In this document: piece by piece, positions 8,567 to 16,536 of the stretch
Layout: every line of letters starts with the position of its first letter
Numbering within the stretch: position 1 is the first letter of the stretch
IMG/VR virus record: IMGVR_UViG_3300010938_000026
DNA from: an uncultured virus (IMG/VR IMGVR_UViG_3300010938_000026)
Taxonomy: Duplodnaviria; Heunggongvirae; Uroviricota; Caudoviricetes
Direction: 5' to 3' (one strand)
DNA length: 20,000 bases
Notes under the pieces: model-generated
The model's input: the letters and a program-made list of their open reading frames with translations, nothing else
Told to the model about the DNA's origin: nothing
Database searches by the model: none
Program-made: the position numbers and the translations under genes

Positions 8567-9604
8567 ATGGACTGCCCGTATTTCGTGAATGGTTGTTGTC
8601 AGCAGGCCAGTGAGATTGCAGATGGGCTGGAAATCCGCCCATCCGAGTCAGCCTGTCGCGTCTGCAAAACCGAAGACCCACCGATGAGTATTAACAAGGT
8701 GACGGTCTCTTTGGCCATCTCTGCCCTTGCCAAGCACGACCGCGGGAAGATGAATCATATTGTAGCGGCATATCATCATTTATTATCTGCCAATCCATCG
8801 CTCCGGCAGAAGGCGACACGTTATACTCTGGCTGTCACCAAATGGATTAAAGCAGGCCGGCCCCGTCGCTCCCCGGATCACATTTTGTATTTAGCCCAGT
8901 ATGTGTGCAAACCCTGTATGTACTACCGCAGTCAGAATTCTTCATGTGGTTTATGCGGCTGTCAGGTCAATAATTCCACGTTGCCCTTGGCTAACAAATT
9001 AGCTATGGCTACTGAGGAATGTCCCATAAGGAGGTTTCGCGCTATGGCAGATTTTTCCCAATTCCACGCATATTTATTAACGCCGGTTCCCGGTTTGGAA
9101 GGATGGTTGTACGATGGTGCACGTCAGCACTGCGCGTCCGTCGCACCAGTCCGGGCCATGTTGCCGTCGCATTTGATTAACTATTCGCAGGTATCTTCAG
9201 AGGTGATTTGCAACTTTCGGAACATGCAACGGCTTTGTGAAGCTGCCATCGTGGACGGGCACGAGTATGTGCTGCTTGGCGATACTAGGTTGCTGAATAC
9301 AGACGTTTCTTTTGACAGGCTTATTAAAATAGTTCAAGAGGCGCCAGCCGATTGGGATTGCCTGTTGCTGGCCTATGACTTCGCTTCCGGCGAAATGCAG
9401 CTGCAATCACAGTTCACGTATATCTATCCAAGTTATGTACGTTGCCCGGCTCTATGGGTCTCTAACATCAGCGTAATCAAGCAATATTACCTATCTATGC
9501 CGCCGTATCGCTGGGATTTCGGTATCGGGCAGTTAAATCCACGGCCTCGTGTGTATGCAGTAACGCCGCCACTCATTCGGGTAAATGAGTTATGCAAAAA
9601 CTGA
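8567..9604 (+). CDS. Fusion of a Cys-rich (DUF6171-like) domain and a degenerate GT25-like glycosyltransferase domain
   Basis: CKPC-x-Y...CGLCGC...KL...EECP in the N-half. AIVDGHEYVLLGD...PADWDCLLL in the C-half resembles GT25 'A...GYE.ILILEDD...P.DWD.LYLG'. Confidence 0.65.
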   Translation: MDCPYFVNGCCQQASEIADGLEIRPSESACRVCKTEDPPMSINKVTVSLAISALAKHDRGKMNHIVAAYHHLLSANPSLRQKATRYTLAVTKWIKAGRPRRSPDHILYLAQYVCKPCMYYRSQNSSCGLCGCQVNNSTLPLANKLAMATEECPIRRFRAMADFSQFHAYLLTPVPGLEGWLYDGARQHCASVAPVRAMLPSHLINYSQVSSEVICNFRNMQRLCEAAIVDGHEYVLLGDTRLLNTDVSFDRLIKIVQEAPADWDCLLLAYDFASGEMQLQSQFTYIYPSYVRCPALWVSNISVIKQYYLSMPPYRWDFGIGQLNPRPRVYAVTPPLIRVNELCKN

Positions 9605-10503
9605 TCCTGTCGAGCAAGCTTTCACCTGGCGACATTATGACCATGACTGTGGCAGTGGAGTCACTGCACCGGCAATATCCATGTCAGTACCTGACCGATG
9701 TTCGCTGTTGCATACCGGAGATCTGGTGGCACAACCCGCGCATAACGGCACTCAAGGATGATGACCCGGAAGTCCGCCATATCGAGATGCACTACCCGCA
9801 GGTGCACCGCAGTAACCAGACTGCAGTAACATTTATCAATTGCTACACCGAATATTTGGGGGAGCAGCTGGGTTTACCATTGCAGCCATGTTCCAATAGC
9901 CCGCTGCTTTATTTGTCCGAAGAAGAATTAGCCGACATTGGTCCAGTTGCTCGCTATTACACCAAAAGCCCATACTGGGTCGCCAATGCGGGCCTCAAGC
10001 ACGATTTCACCACAAAAGGCTGGCCCCTCGAGTATTATCAGGCAGTTGTTACGATGACCACGGGGCGCATTCAGTGGGTGCAAATTGGGGCGCAAGGGCA
10101 TGACCATCCGCGCTTGGAGGGTGTCATTGACCTGGTTGGCAAGACAACGCATCGCGAACTCATGCAAGTTGTCCGTCACAGTTGTGGCGGGCTAGGTCCT
10201 GCGACCTACCTGGCACATTTGTGTGCGGCATTTCATAAGCCATACATTTGCATCTTGGGCGGGCGAGAGCCCGTAACTTGGCTTATGTACCCTATGCAGC
10301 ATACATTGCATACCATAGGCGCCCTGGACTGCTGCACCCCGAATGCCTGCTGGAAGAGTAAAGTCATACCGGATCGGCAGGATCCAAACGCATCGACGTG
10401 CGTTTATCCGATGCTGGGTTTTCGTAGACCTGTGCCCAAATGCATGGCGCTGATAAAACCAGAAGAAGTGGTGCAGCTCATCAACCGTATTCACCACGTA
10501 TAA
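9592..10503 (+). CDS. Glycosyltransferase family 9 (ADP-heptose heptosyltransferase-like)
   Basis: SPGDIMTMT, KGWPLEYYQ, IDLVGKTTHREL and LAHLCAAFHKP motifs; C-terminal CC...CW...C...KCM..IKPEEV. Confidence 0.85.
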   Translation: MQKLILSSKLSPGDIMTMTVAVESLHRQYPCQYLTDVRCCIPEIWWHNPRITALKDDDPEVRHIEMHYPQVHRSNQTAVTFINCYTEYLGEQLGLPLQPCSNSPLLYLSEEELADIGPVARYYTKSPYWVANAGLKHDFTTKGWPLEYYQAVVTMTTGRIQWVQIGAQGHDHPRLEGVIDLVGKTTHRELMQVVRHSCGGLGPATYLAHLCAAFHKPYICILGGREPVTWLMYPMQHTLHTIGALDCCTPNACWKSKVIPDRQDPNASTCVYPMLGFRRPVPKCMALIKPEEVVQLINRIHHV

Positions 10504-10515
10504 AAGGAGATTTAT

Positions 10516-11439
10516 ATGTTTGTAATAGGAGAAGTGTTTGCGGATCTCGTTGTGCATGCCGGACCAGAATTAGATAGTCTGACTCGTGCTGTTACCAGTC
10601 ATGATCTGCAACTTGGTGGCGCCGGGCATGTAGCTAGGTTATTACGCTGGTCGGGCGCTAAGCTGGTACGTTTGCTCGTTGCAGATGATGATTACTGCGA
10701 ATTTATGTATGAAATACCTGATTCCGCCAATCCTGATCATCCTCTGCGTTTGACGCTTGTGGAGGACGGCAAGGTGCGTCGCTATATACGGCCCGCCTAT
10801 CGGTTCGCTCGAGCGGTAGTGGCACGTCACAAATGTCAGATTCCCGATGAAGCATTTGCATGCTGGGCCAACGACCAGTCTGACTGGACGTTTATTTGCA
10901 GCCACGATTACGTCGATATACGCCTGACTTTGGACCAGCTGAAAGAGCGCTGCGACCGTCCGCGTACCTATTTCGTGTCTGGTGGTCCGGAGCTGTTGCA
11001 CTACAAATTCAATGGGCGCTGTTATTTCTTCGTGAATCGGCGGCAGTTGCGCACAATGGGGTATAACTTCTGCCACTTTGATCACGAGTTGGATGACGCC
11101 GATGCCCTTAATGACCGTCGTGCCCTCTTCACTGAGCTATGGCAACGGCTTCGTGCTGTCAACGAAGTGGCGGGACTTTTCATCACCATGGACCAAGATG
11201 GCGTTATTACCCTTGGGATCAGACCCGAGACGCCATGCCTGGCGCGCATTCAGCCCACCGATAAATTGCCACACGTGGTATGGTATACATCCCGCGTAAA
11301 GCATTTGGTGGACCCAACAGGGTGTGGCGACGCGTTTATGGTAGGCTACAGCATGAACATGGAAAAGGATGAGCCGGTGCGCGCCGCGTTGATGGCTGCC
11401 AAGCAATGCGCACATTTTGCTGGGACTATAGATGTTTGA
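10516..11439 (+). CDS. PfkB-family carbohydrate kinase, HldE/RfaE kinase-domain-like
   Basis: RBS AAGGAG. N-terminal VIGEVFAD and LGGAGHVA; C-terminal VDPTGCGDAF PfkB signature. Confidence 0.8.
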   Translation: MFVIGEVFADLVVHAGPELDSLTRAVTSHDLQLGGAGHVARLLRWSGAKLVRLLVADDDYCEFMYEIPDSANPDHPLRLTLVEDGKVRRYIRPAYRFARAVVARHKCQIPDEAFACWANDQSDWTFICSHDYVDIRLTLDQLKERCDRPRTYFVSGGPELLHYKFNGRCYFFVNRRQLRTMGYNFCHFDHELDDADALNDRRALFTELWQRLRAVNEVAGLFITMDQDGVITLGIRPETPCLARIQPTDKLPHVVWYTSRVKHLVDPTGCGDAFMVGYSMNMEKDEPVRAALMAAKQCAHFAGTIDV

Positions 11440-12232
11440 GGTAGTCGTTGATGAATCATCAAACTTCGTCTTGCCCGAAAGCGGATTCATACCGCGCCGG
11501 GCAGCTTACGGGAGTTTAAGCTATGCGCAACCTTTCCCATTTGATCTGGTTCCCCGTTCTGAGTGGCCGACTCGAATCGAGCAGTTACAAGATCATCGAC
11601 AGCTTCTATCCCACATCATTACGCGTGCAGCCCTGCCTTGCAAGGATCAGGGCGACACCAAATTTGACTTTACAAATGCACTGGTTCACGGGGTCGAAAT
11701 TGTCCAGCTGCTCCTTGGACGACCACAGGTGGTATTATCAGCCGCGTCGGTGGCGTGCAGGCTGACCAATTTTCGGAACAGAGGTGAGGTTGGCACGGAG
11801 GCTGTTGCTTACGTAGCGAAGTATGGGGTTGTCCCCGCTTCCTACTGGCCAAGCAACAGCCTTTCGCGCCAGTTTGATACCCCCGAAGCCTGGCAGGAAG
11901 CTCTGCAATATCGCATCCCCAAGTGGTATGATCTTAAGCCGTTGTCGCTAGACGAGTTAATTTCGCTGCTTTTTTTACGCATACCCGTAATTGCGGAATA
12001 TAATTGGTTAGCGTGGACAGTAGTCGCTTGCGATCCTGTATTTTTAGAGGCGGGAAAGTACGGAGTGCGCGTTCGTCTATGTGCCGGGTCGGACGTGGGG
12101 CAGAATGGATTCATTGTCTTGAGTGGCAATCGCGCATTGCCCGATTCGGCATTAGCCCCGGCGATATTCGATTTGGATCCAAGCAGTGCTGGTCCAGCAG
12201 AACGAGCAGATAACGACTTATCCACCAAGTGA
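11432..12232 (+). CDS. Papain-like (peptidase C1) fold protein with the catalytic residues substituted
   Basis: KDQGDTKFDF, LSAASV, YGVVPASYWP, VRLCAGSDVGQNGFI. Scaffold matches C1, but the Cys/His/Asn positions are not conserved. Confidence 0.7.
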   Translation: MFEVVVDESSNFVLPESGFIPRRAAYGSLSYAQPFPFDLVPRSEWPTRIEQLQDHRQLLSHIITRAALPCKDQGDTKFDFTNALVHGVEIVQLLLGRPQVVLSAASVACRLTNFRNRGEVGTEAVAYVAKYGVVPASYWPSNSLSRQFDTPEAWQEALQYRIPKWYDLKPLSLDELISLLFLRIPVIAEYNWLAWTVVACDPVFLEAGKYGVRVRLCAGSDVGQNGFIVLSGNRALPDSALAPAIFDLDPSSAGPAERADNDLSTK

Positions 12233-12881
12233 AGGTCCCGACGCAGAAGTCGTCGTTGGGCGCCCATTCCATTCTGCGGAATTTGTTGGACGCATCGAGG
12301 AGGCTATTCTTGCCGGTCAGCCAATGGAACAGATCGCGCAGGGCCTTAATACCACTCCGTACATCGTAAATCTGATCAGGCAGAGGGTTTACGTTGCACA
12401 GCTTCTCAATGATCCGCTTCTTCGATCTCTTGACGAGGATAAATCATTATGTGTGAAATACCGCATCGCCAAAAAGCTTTTTCGAAAGTATTATGATCGC
12501 CTATTAGATGCTTTTCGGGATGAATTCCCACCTAATTGTCATCCTATCCAGGCGATGCGGTCGATTTTGAATATGAGCTGCGTCAATGCTAAAGCATCAT
12601 GTTTTTATACACTGCTTGGTCTGATGATCGAGGATTTACCTGAGATTCACTTGCGCGAATTTGAGTATCTATTTGTTTCTGGACTCACCCGCAAAATCGC
12701 GTATACCTACATGCGCCGGTATATCTCTCCTTCTGCTCACTGTTATTTGCTGCGATGCGCGCGTAAGCGGATAGGGTATCGGAAGTTTGCTCCCGTTCCT
12801 AAACGGTCTAGACTACGCGTGACCTTGCGCTTCACTGAATGCGTGTGCGTATTCTGTGTGGTGTTAGGAGAAGCACCCTAA
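12186..12881 (+). CDS. Hypothetical protein with a possible N-terminal HTH (start uncertain)
   Basis: ILAGQPMEQIAQGLNTTPYIVNLIR resembles a helix-turn-helix; basic C-terminus; converges on the repeat gene. Confidence 0.6.
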   Translation: MLVQQNEQITTYPPSEGPDAEVVVGRPFHSAEFVGRIEEAILAGQPMEQIAQGLNTTPYIVNLIRQRVYVAQLLNDPLLRSLDEDKSLCVKYRIAKKLFRKYYDRLLDAFRDEFPPNCHPIQAMRSILNMSCVNAKASCFYTLLGLMIEDLPEIHLREFEYLFVSGLTRKIAYTYMRRYISPSAHCYLLRCARKRIGYRKFAPVPKRSRLRVTLRFTECVCVFCVVLGEAP

Positions 12882-13806
12882 CCGCGAAGTCCGCTCCGCC
12901 CATCTGAGGTCCGACGAGTAATTCTGGTCGGTATCCTATAGCACGTACATGCAGAGTCGGAGCGATGATCGTGACGCCAGCGCTAAGGTTTGGATTGTAG
13001 GCATGCACCCGTACGTGCAGGATCGGTATACGGGTGCGTGAATCGTCTGTTATATTGACGGACGTGCAATGCGCTCCCACATGTAACTGCGGTAGACGTA
13101 TGGCGGTCGCATCTTGAACAGTGGGCGAATAGCTCCGGGCGGCTACATGAAATATAGGAGTTCTTAATGTCGTTGCACTTGCAATGCGCGGAGCGGGATG
13201 ATGTGCGCCCACATGAAGGGTAAATAAGCGTAGCTGAGTCGCGTTCTGGATTTGCACGGGTTTTGGGGCAGCACGTACATGAATCGTTGGGGTGTTAGCG
13301 GTCGTATCGGACTGTATGAGCGGCGGGTATGTATGCGCCCCGACGTGCAATACAGGACACTTTACCTGGGTTCCATCCGCTAGTTGTGGCGCGTATGTAT
13401 GCACGCCTACATGCAACATCGGAATGTTAATCTTCGAGGCGCTGGCGATTGTAGGCTCGTGTGGCGTGGCACGTACGTGTAACGTGATAAGGTCGATGAC
13501 AATGTTGGTGCTATCAAAGATGGTCGGCGGGTATACATGAGCGCCGACGTGCAGGATTGGAATAGTTATACGGGATGCAGAAGAGAGGATCGGTGGGTAA
13601 GCATGGGCTCCCACATGCAGGATCGGAATACGCAACGCGGTCGCACTAGATAACGATACCGCATACGTATGTGCACCTATTGAGAGTTTGGGAAGTGTAA
13701 CTGTGCTGCCAGCACTTAATGCTGGTGCATAGGGATGCGACCCGACGTGTAACGTCGGAACTGGCACCTTGGAGTCGTCGACGATAGTCGGCGCATAAAT
13801 GGGCAC
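12832..13806 (-). CDS. 22-aa 'P-x-LHVGAH-x-Y-x-P' repeat protein, probably a virion structural/fibre protein; likely the C-terminal part of a split gene
   Basis: 13 LHV-type repeats with ~22-aa period; GTG start 9 nt after AGGTG. Confidence 0.8.
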   Translation of the reverse strand: MPIYAPTIVDDSKVPVPTLHVGSHPYAPALSAGSTVTLPKLSIGAHTYAVSLSSATALRIPILHVGAHAYPPILSSASRITIPILHVGAHVYPPTIFDSTNIVIDLITLHVRATPHEPTIASASKINIPMLHVGVHTYAPQLADGTQVKCPVLHVGAHTYPPLIQSDTTANTPTIHVRAAPKPVQIQNATQLRLFTLHVGAHHPAPRIASATTLRTPIFHVAARSYSPTVQDATAIRLPQLHVGAHCTSVNITDDSRTRIPILHVRVHAYNPNLSAGVTIIAPTLHVRAIGYRPELLVGPQMGGADFAVRVLLLTPHRIRTRIQ

Positions 13807-13812
13807 AAGTTA

Positions 13813-14268
13813 TTACACCTGCGTGAAGTCGATCAAACCCTCGGCGGCAATACGGACGGTGAAGTTACCATCAGCCAAGGCACGCGGCAGTAATCCGCCT
13901 GCATCTGTGTCTATGTAAAGGAGTGGGATTCGATCGGTATTTGTTGCACCATCTCGATAAATTAGCACCGCCTTTACAGTCTGCCCGGATTCCAGTGTTC
14001 CGAAATCGATGTCGCCACAGTCAATCACTGCTTTGTCGTTAACTAAATCGACCGTGACTGTTTTGGCTGCAAGGTTTTTGCGCGTATAGGAGGGAACAGA
14101 AATTTCTACAAAACCACCAGCCAAGATAGTGGCCAAATCGGCATGGTCTTTGTTCGGCGCATAAGTACTGGTGCTGCGTTCCAGTGCGGCGACGTAATTT
14201 ACCGATTCAAAAGCACCCGAGGTCTTCAACAGTTGTGCAAGGCCGTTGTTGTAAATGATGTTTGCCAT
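13813..14268 (-). CDS. Putative phage virion/tail-associated structural protein, 151 aa
   Basis: MANIIYNNG...TYAPNKDH...EIS..SYTRK.L...D..DIDFG...LLYID pattern recalled from phage structural proteins. Confidence 0.75.
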   Translation of the reverse strand: MANIIYNNGLAQLLKTSGAFESVNYVAALERSTSTYAPNKDHADLATILAGGFVEISVPSYTRKNLAAKTVTVDLVNDKAVIDCGDIDFGTLESGQTVKAVLIYRDGATNTDRIPLLYIDTDAGGLLPRALADGNFTVRIAAEGLIDFTQV

Positions 14269-14269
14269 A

Positions 14270-14464
14270 CTATATCCCTACATGCAATACCGGGAGTACT
14301 ATGATAATCCCTTCGATGCTACCCGCCGATGGCGGCCAATAAACTCCTGTAAAGTATCCATACACGAAGTAGTCATGGGGAAAGTATGCGGGCGCATGAC
14401 CCCCACGCCCCGGAAAGTATCTAGGGGTAAACTGGCGCTTCGCAAAATATCTTCGAGCGAACAT
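14270..14464 (-). CDS. 'MFxxRYF' repeat small protein; probable N-terminal part of the split repeat gene
   Basis: RYF/YF pentad repeats, ending in a partial LHV repeat (VLPVLHVGI-stop). Confidence 0.7.
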   Translation of the reverse strand: MFARRYFAKRQFTPRYFPGRGGHAPAYFPHDYFVYGYFTGVYWPPSAGSIEGIIIVLPVLHVGI

Positions 14465-14465
14465 T

Positions 14466-14663
14466 TCATGCGCTCTTGTGCCCGTTTTGTTTCAAATAAT
14501 GTTCTATGATTGATTGTAGCAATTGTGGGTCAAGTTTCGCAAGTCGAGCAGCCACGTCGGTGAATTCTTGGATCAGCCTAGGATCAGCGTGCCCATTAGT
14601 TATACGCTGGCGGAGATCCAAGTAGAGGCTTAAGTTTGTGGCGGTTGCGTTGTGTTCGGCCAT
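14466..14663 (-). CDS. Small hypothetical protein
   Basis: RBS GAGGTGGG; stop 1 nt before the next ATG. Confidence 0.65.
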   Translation of the reverse strand: MAEHNATATNLSLYLDLRQRITNGHADPRLIQEFTDVAARLAKLDPQLLQSIIEHYLKQNGHKSA

Positions 14664-14980
14664 GTCCCACCTCGTTCATCTTGTATTCGCTGAATGGCTC
14701 GTGTCATTTCCTTCATGTGGTCCTCACGCGTCCTGTCCACAAAGGTAACCCTTAAATCTACGATAGCAAGCAGGCGTTCAATATCAATTAGACGATTTTC
14801 GATGCTCGTCAGCCGGGATTCGCAGAGAGTGTGCAAAGCAGTAAGCTCTGTACGCATACCTTCCAACTGCTCGGGGATCTGGGTGATTCGTGGCTTGATG
14901 AGTCGCCCGAGCCACGTCAATATCGCCATTAAAATGGCGCCCAAGGAGATGTTGGTGATGGGGTCTTGGAAAGCAGTCAT
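14630..14980 (-). CDS. Single-TM plus coiled-coil protein (holin/XhlA-like architecture)
   Basis: Hydrophobic ISLGAILMAILTWLG followed by heptads (LTSIENRLIDIERLL). Confidence 0.7.
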   Translation of the reverse strand: MTAFQDPITNISLGAILMAILTWLGRLIKPRITQIPEQLEGMRTELTALHTLCESRLTSIENRLIDIERLLAIVDLRVTFVDRTREDHMKEMTRAIQRIQDERGGTWPNTTQPPQT

Positions 14981-15179
14981 CTTTTATGTTCCGTACGTCG
15001 TCCGTAGCCATTGGTAGGTTCAATGGTATTATGGCGGTAGCGACCGTCAAAAATAGCCACAATAGCGCTAAAGGAACGTTATCCGCATCCAAGAATAGAC
15101 TGGCAAACAGTGTAGAGGTACCAAACACGAAAAGGACGTATAGAATCTTTTTTATGTATTTCCAATGGAGCTTTCTCAT
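14784..15179 (-). CDS. Two-TM membrane protein, holin-like; C-terminal half is probably a non-functional overlap extension
   Basis: RBS GAGGTGGAGAG; basic N-terminus followed by two hydrophobic segments within the first ~55 aa. Confidence 0.6.
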   Translation of the reverse strand: MRKLHWKYIKKILYVLFVFGTSTLFASLFLDADNVPLALLWLFLTVATAIIPLNLPMATDDVRNIKDDCFPRPHHQHLLGRHFNGDIDVARATHQATNHPDPRAVGRYAYRAYCFAHSLRIPADEHRKSSN

Positions 15180-15224
15180 CTCTCCACCTCGCCATTGTCG
15201 CTTCCTCCATTGTACGCTATAGTG

Positions 15225-15247
15225 AATTTAATCCTAAGATTAAAATG
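15225..15247. promoter_or_regulatory. Palindromic site copy 2, in a divergent intergenic region
   Basis: AATTTAATC-CTAA-GATTAAAATG; arms identical to copy 1. Confidence 0.6.
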
Positions 15248-15316
15248 CTCGGGGGAAAAGCATGATTGATCTCGATGTCGTCCGGCGGATCTGGTTAAAG
15301 ACTGCGGCGGTTAAAC

Positions 15317-16536
15317 ATGTTCCTTTGGGACGATCCGGAAGAAATCGAAAAGTCGCCTTGGAAGGATATACTCGAGCCATTTTTCCAAGAATTCCGGCAA
15401 CAGGCATCTGACATCCTGCGTTCCAATTATGCGGGAGACATAGAGAGTCGCATAAATCGCGATCAGTCTGCCATAGCTTCTGAATTGTTCCGTAATCTGG
15501 ACACAGCACAGGCGCTTATTCGATTAGGAGAGATTAGTGGTATCACCTTACCAGGTCGTAGTTTAGCATTACCGGCACTTATATATGAGGCCGCGCGTCT
15601 TGGTGGTCAAAGCCATCTACCTCCTCTCCATAAGTTTCCGTTCAAGCGTTACACGCAACTTTTTGCCGAGGATTCCGCTCCTGGTTCGTGGGAAAACTTT
15701 GTTAAACATCTCCAAGCTGAACTGCTTCTTTATGAGAAACTGCTTCAAGAGAACTACCCGTTAGGGGAAGAGCAAAAGCAGGTACTACGACGGTTACTAG
15801 AGCGCTTGCCGATGGAGAGCACGATAAGCGGGTTATGGCCAAACGAATGGCGGCGAGCTGATCGCCGTCCGTTATTCATGGCAGATACCTTGGCTACGGG
15901 TCGGACCTTTGATACATTGTTCGGAACGGGTGGGGGACCAACCCTTCTTCCCAACTATGTAATTCCATTATATACACGCCGTGTCGGAAGGATTCCTCGC
16001 ACCTTTACCGAGTTGTCTACCGAATTAACAGACCTAGCGGACGCTCTATNNNNNNNNNNGAAATGGCAGCCGCCGTTAAGGGTCAGTTTCTTCCGATCCC
16101 AGAAGCCACCATTCGACTTTTGCCATCCATTCGACCCATCGTCGCTGGTCCTGGCGAATTAAATTGGGAATTTTTCCGCCGCCCTGATCCACCATTTGGT
16201 CCGCTTTATTCCCCGTTGATTACGTCGCAACATTATCCTGGCGTCCTCGCTGACTTAATAGAAGCCGCCGGGCAGCGCTTATCTTTTACGCCTTTCTTGG
16301 ATGCCGCTCGCATTATTCGACAGCTACCACAGAGGCAGGTGCCTAAAGTAGTGGATTTGGCTGATCCGGCAGCCAGACTTGCCGCATCAGGTATTTCTCC
16401 AGAGGCCGTGCGGAGAGTAGTACAGACCCAAGACATACGTCCATGGACCAAGCACCGCCTTATAACTCCGTATCAGCGGGCCCAATGGGTTATAAAGGCC
16501 CTGACTTCCCCGGCAGTCCCAATAGAGACCCCCTAA
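15317..16536 (+). CDS. Hypothetical protein spanning the assembly gap (probably one gene)
   Basis: ORF runs from 15317 into the N-run. After the gap, the frame 16063-16536 continues with similar Pro/Leu-rich composition. Confidence 0.55.
16050..16059. other. Assembly gap (10 N)
   Basis: Run of n characters. Confidence 1.

Noticed and set aside
12930..13770. CRISPR-like periodicity (~66 bp) in the repeat gene
   Set aside because: The repeats are degenerate at synonymous positions and lie in an open reading frame, so they are protein repeats.
8041..13806. Shared 66-bp/22-aa periodicity of the poly-Ser tract and the LHVG repeat gene
   Set aside because: No sequence similarity between them; treated as coincidence.
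15262..15411. 49-aa ORF (MIDLDVVRRIWLKTAA...) as a frameshifted true start of the 15317 gene
   Set aside because: Has a purine-rich leader but no recognisable slippery site or homology support.
16050..16162. Apparent frameshift or pseudogene between the 15317 and 16063 ORFs
   Set aside because: Coincides with a 10-N scaffold gap of unknown true length.
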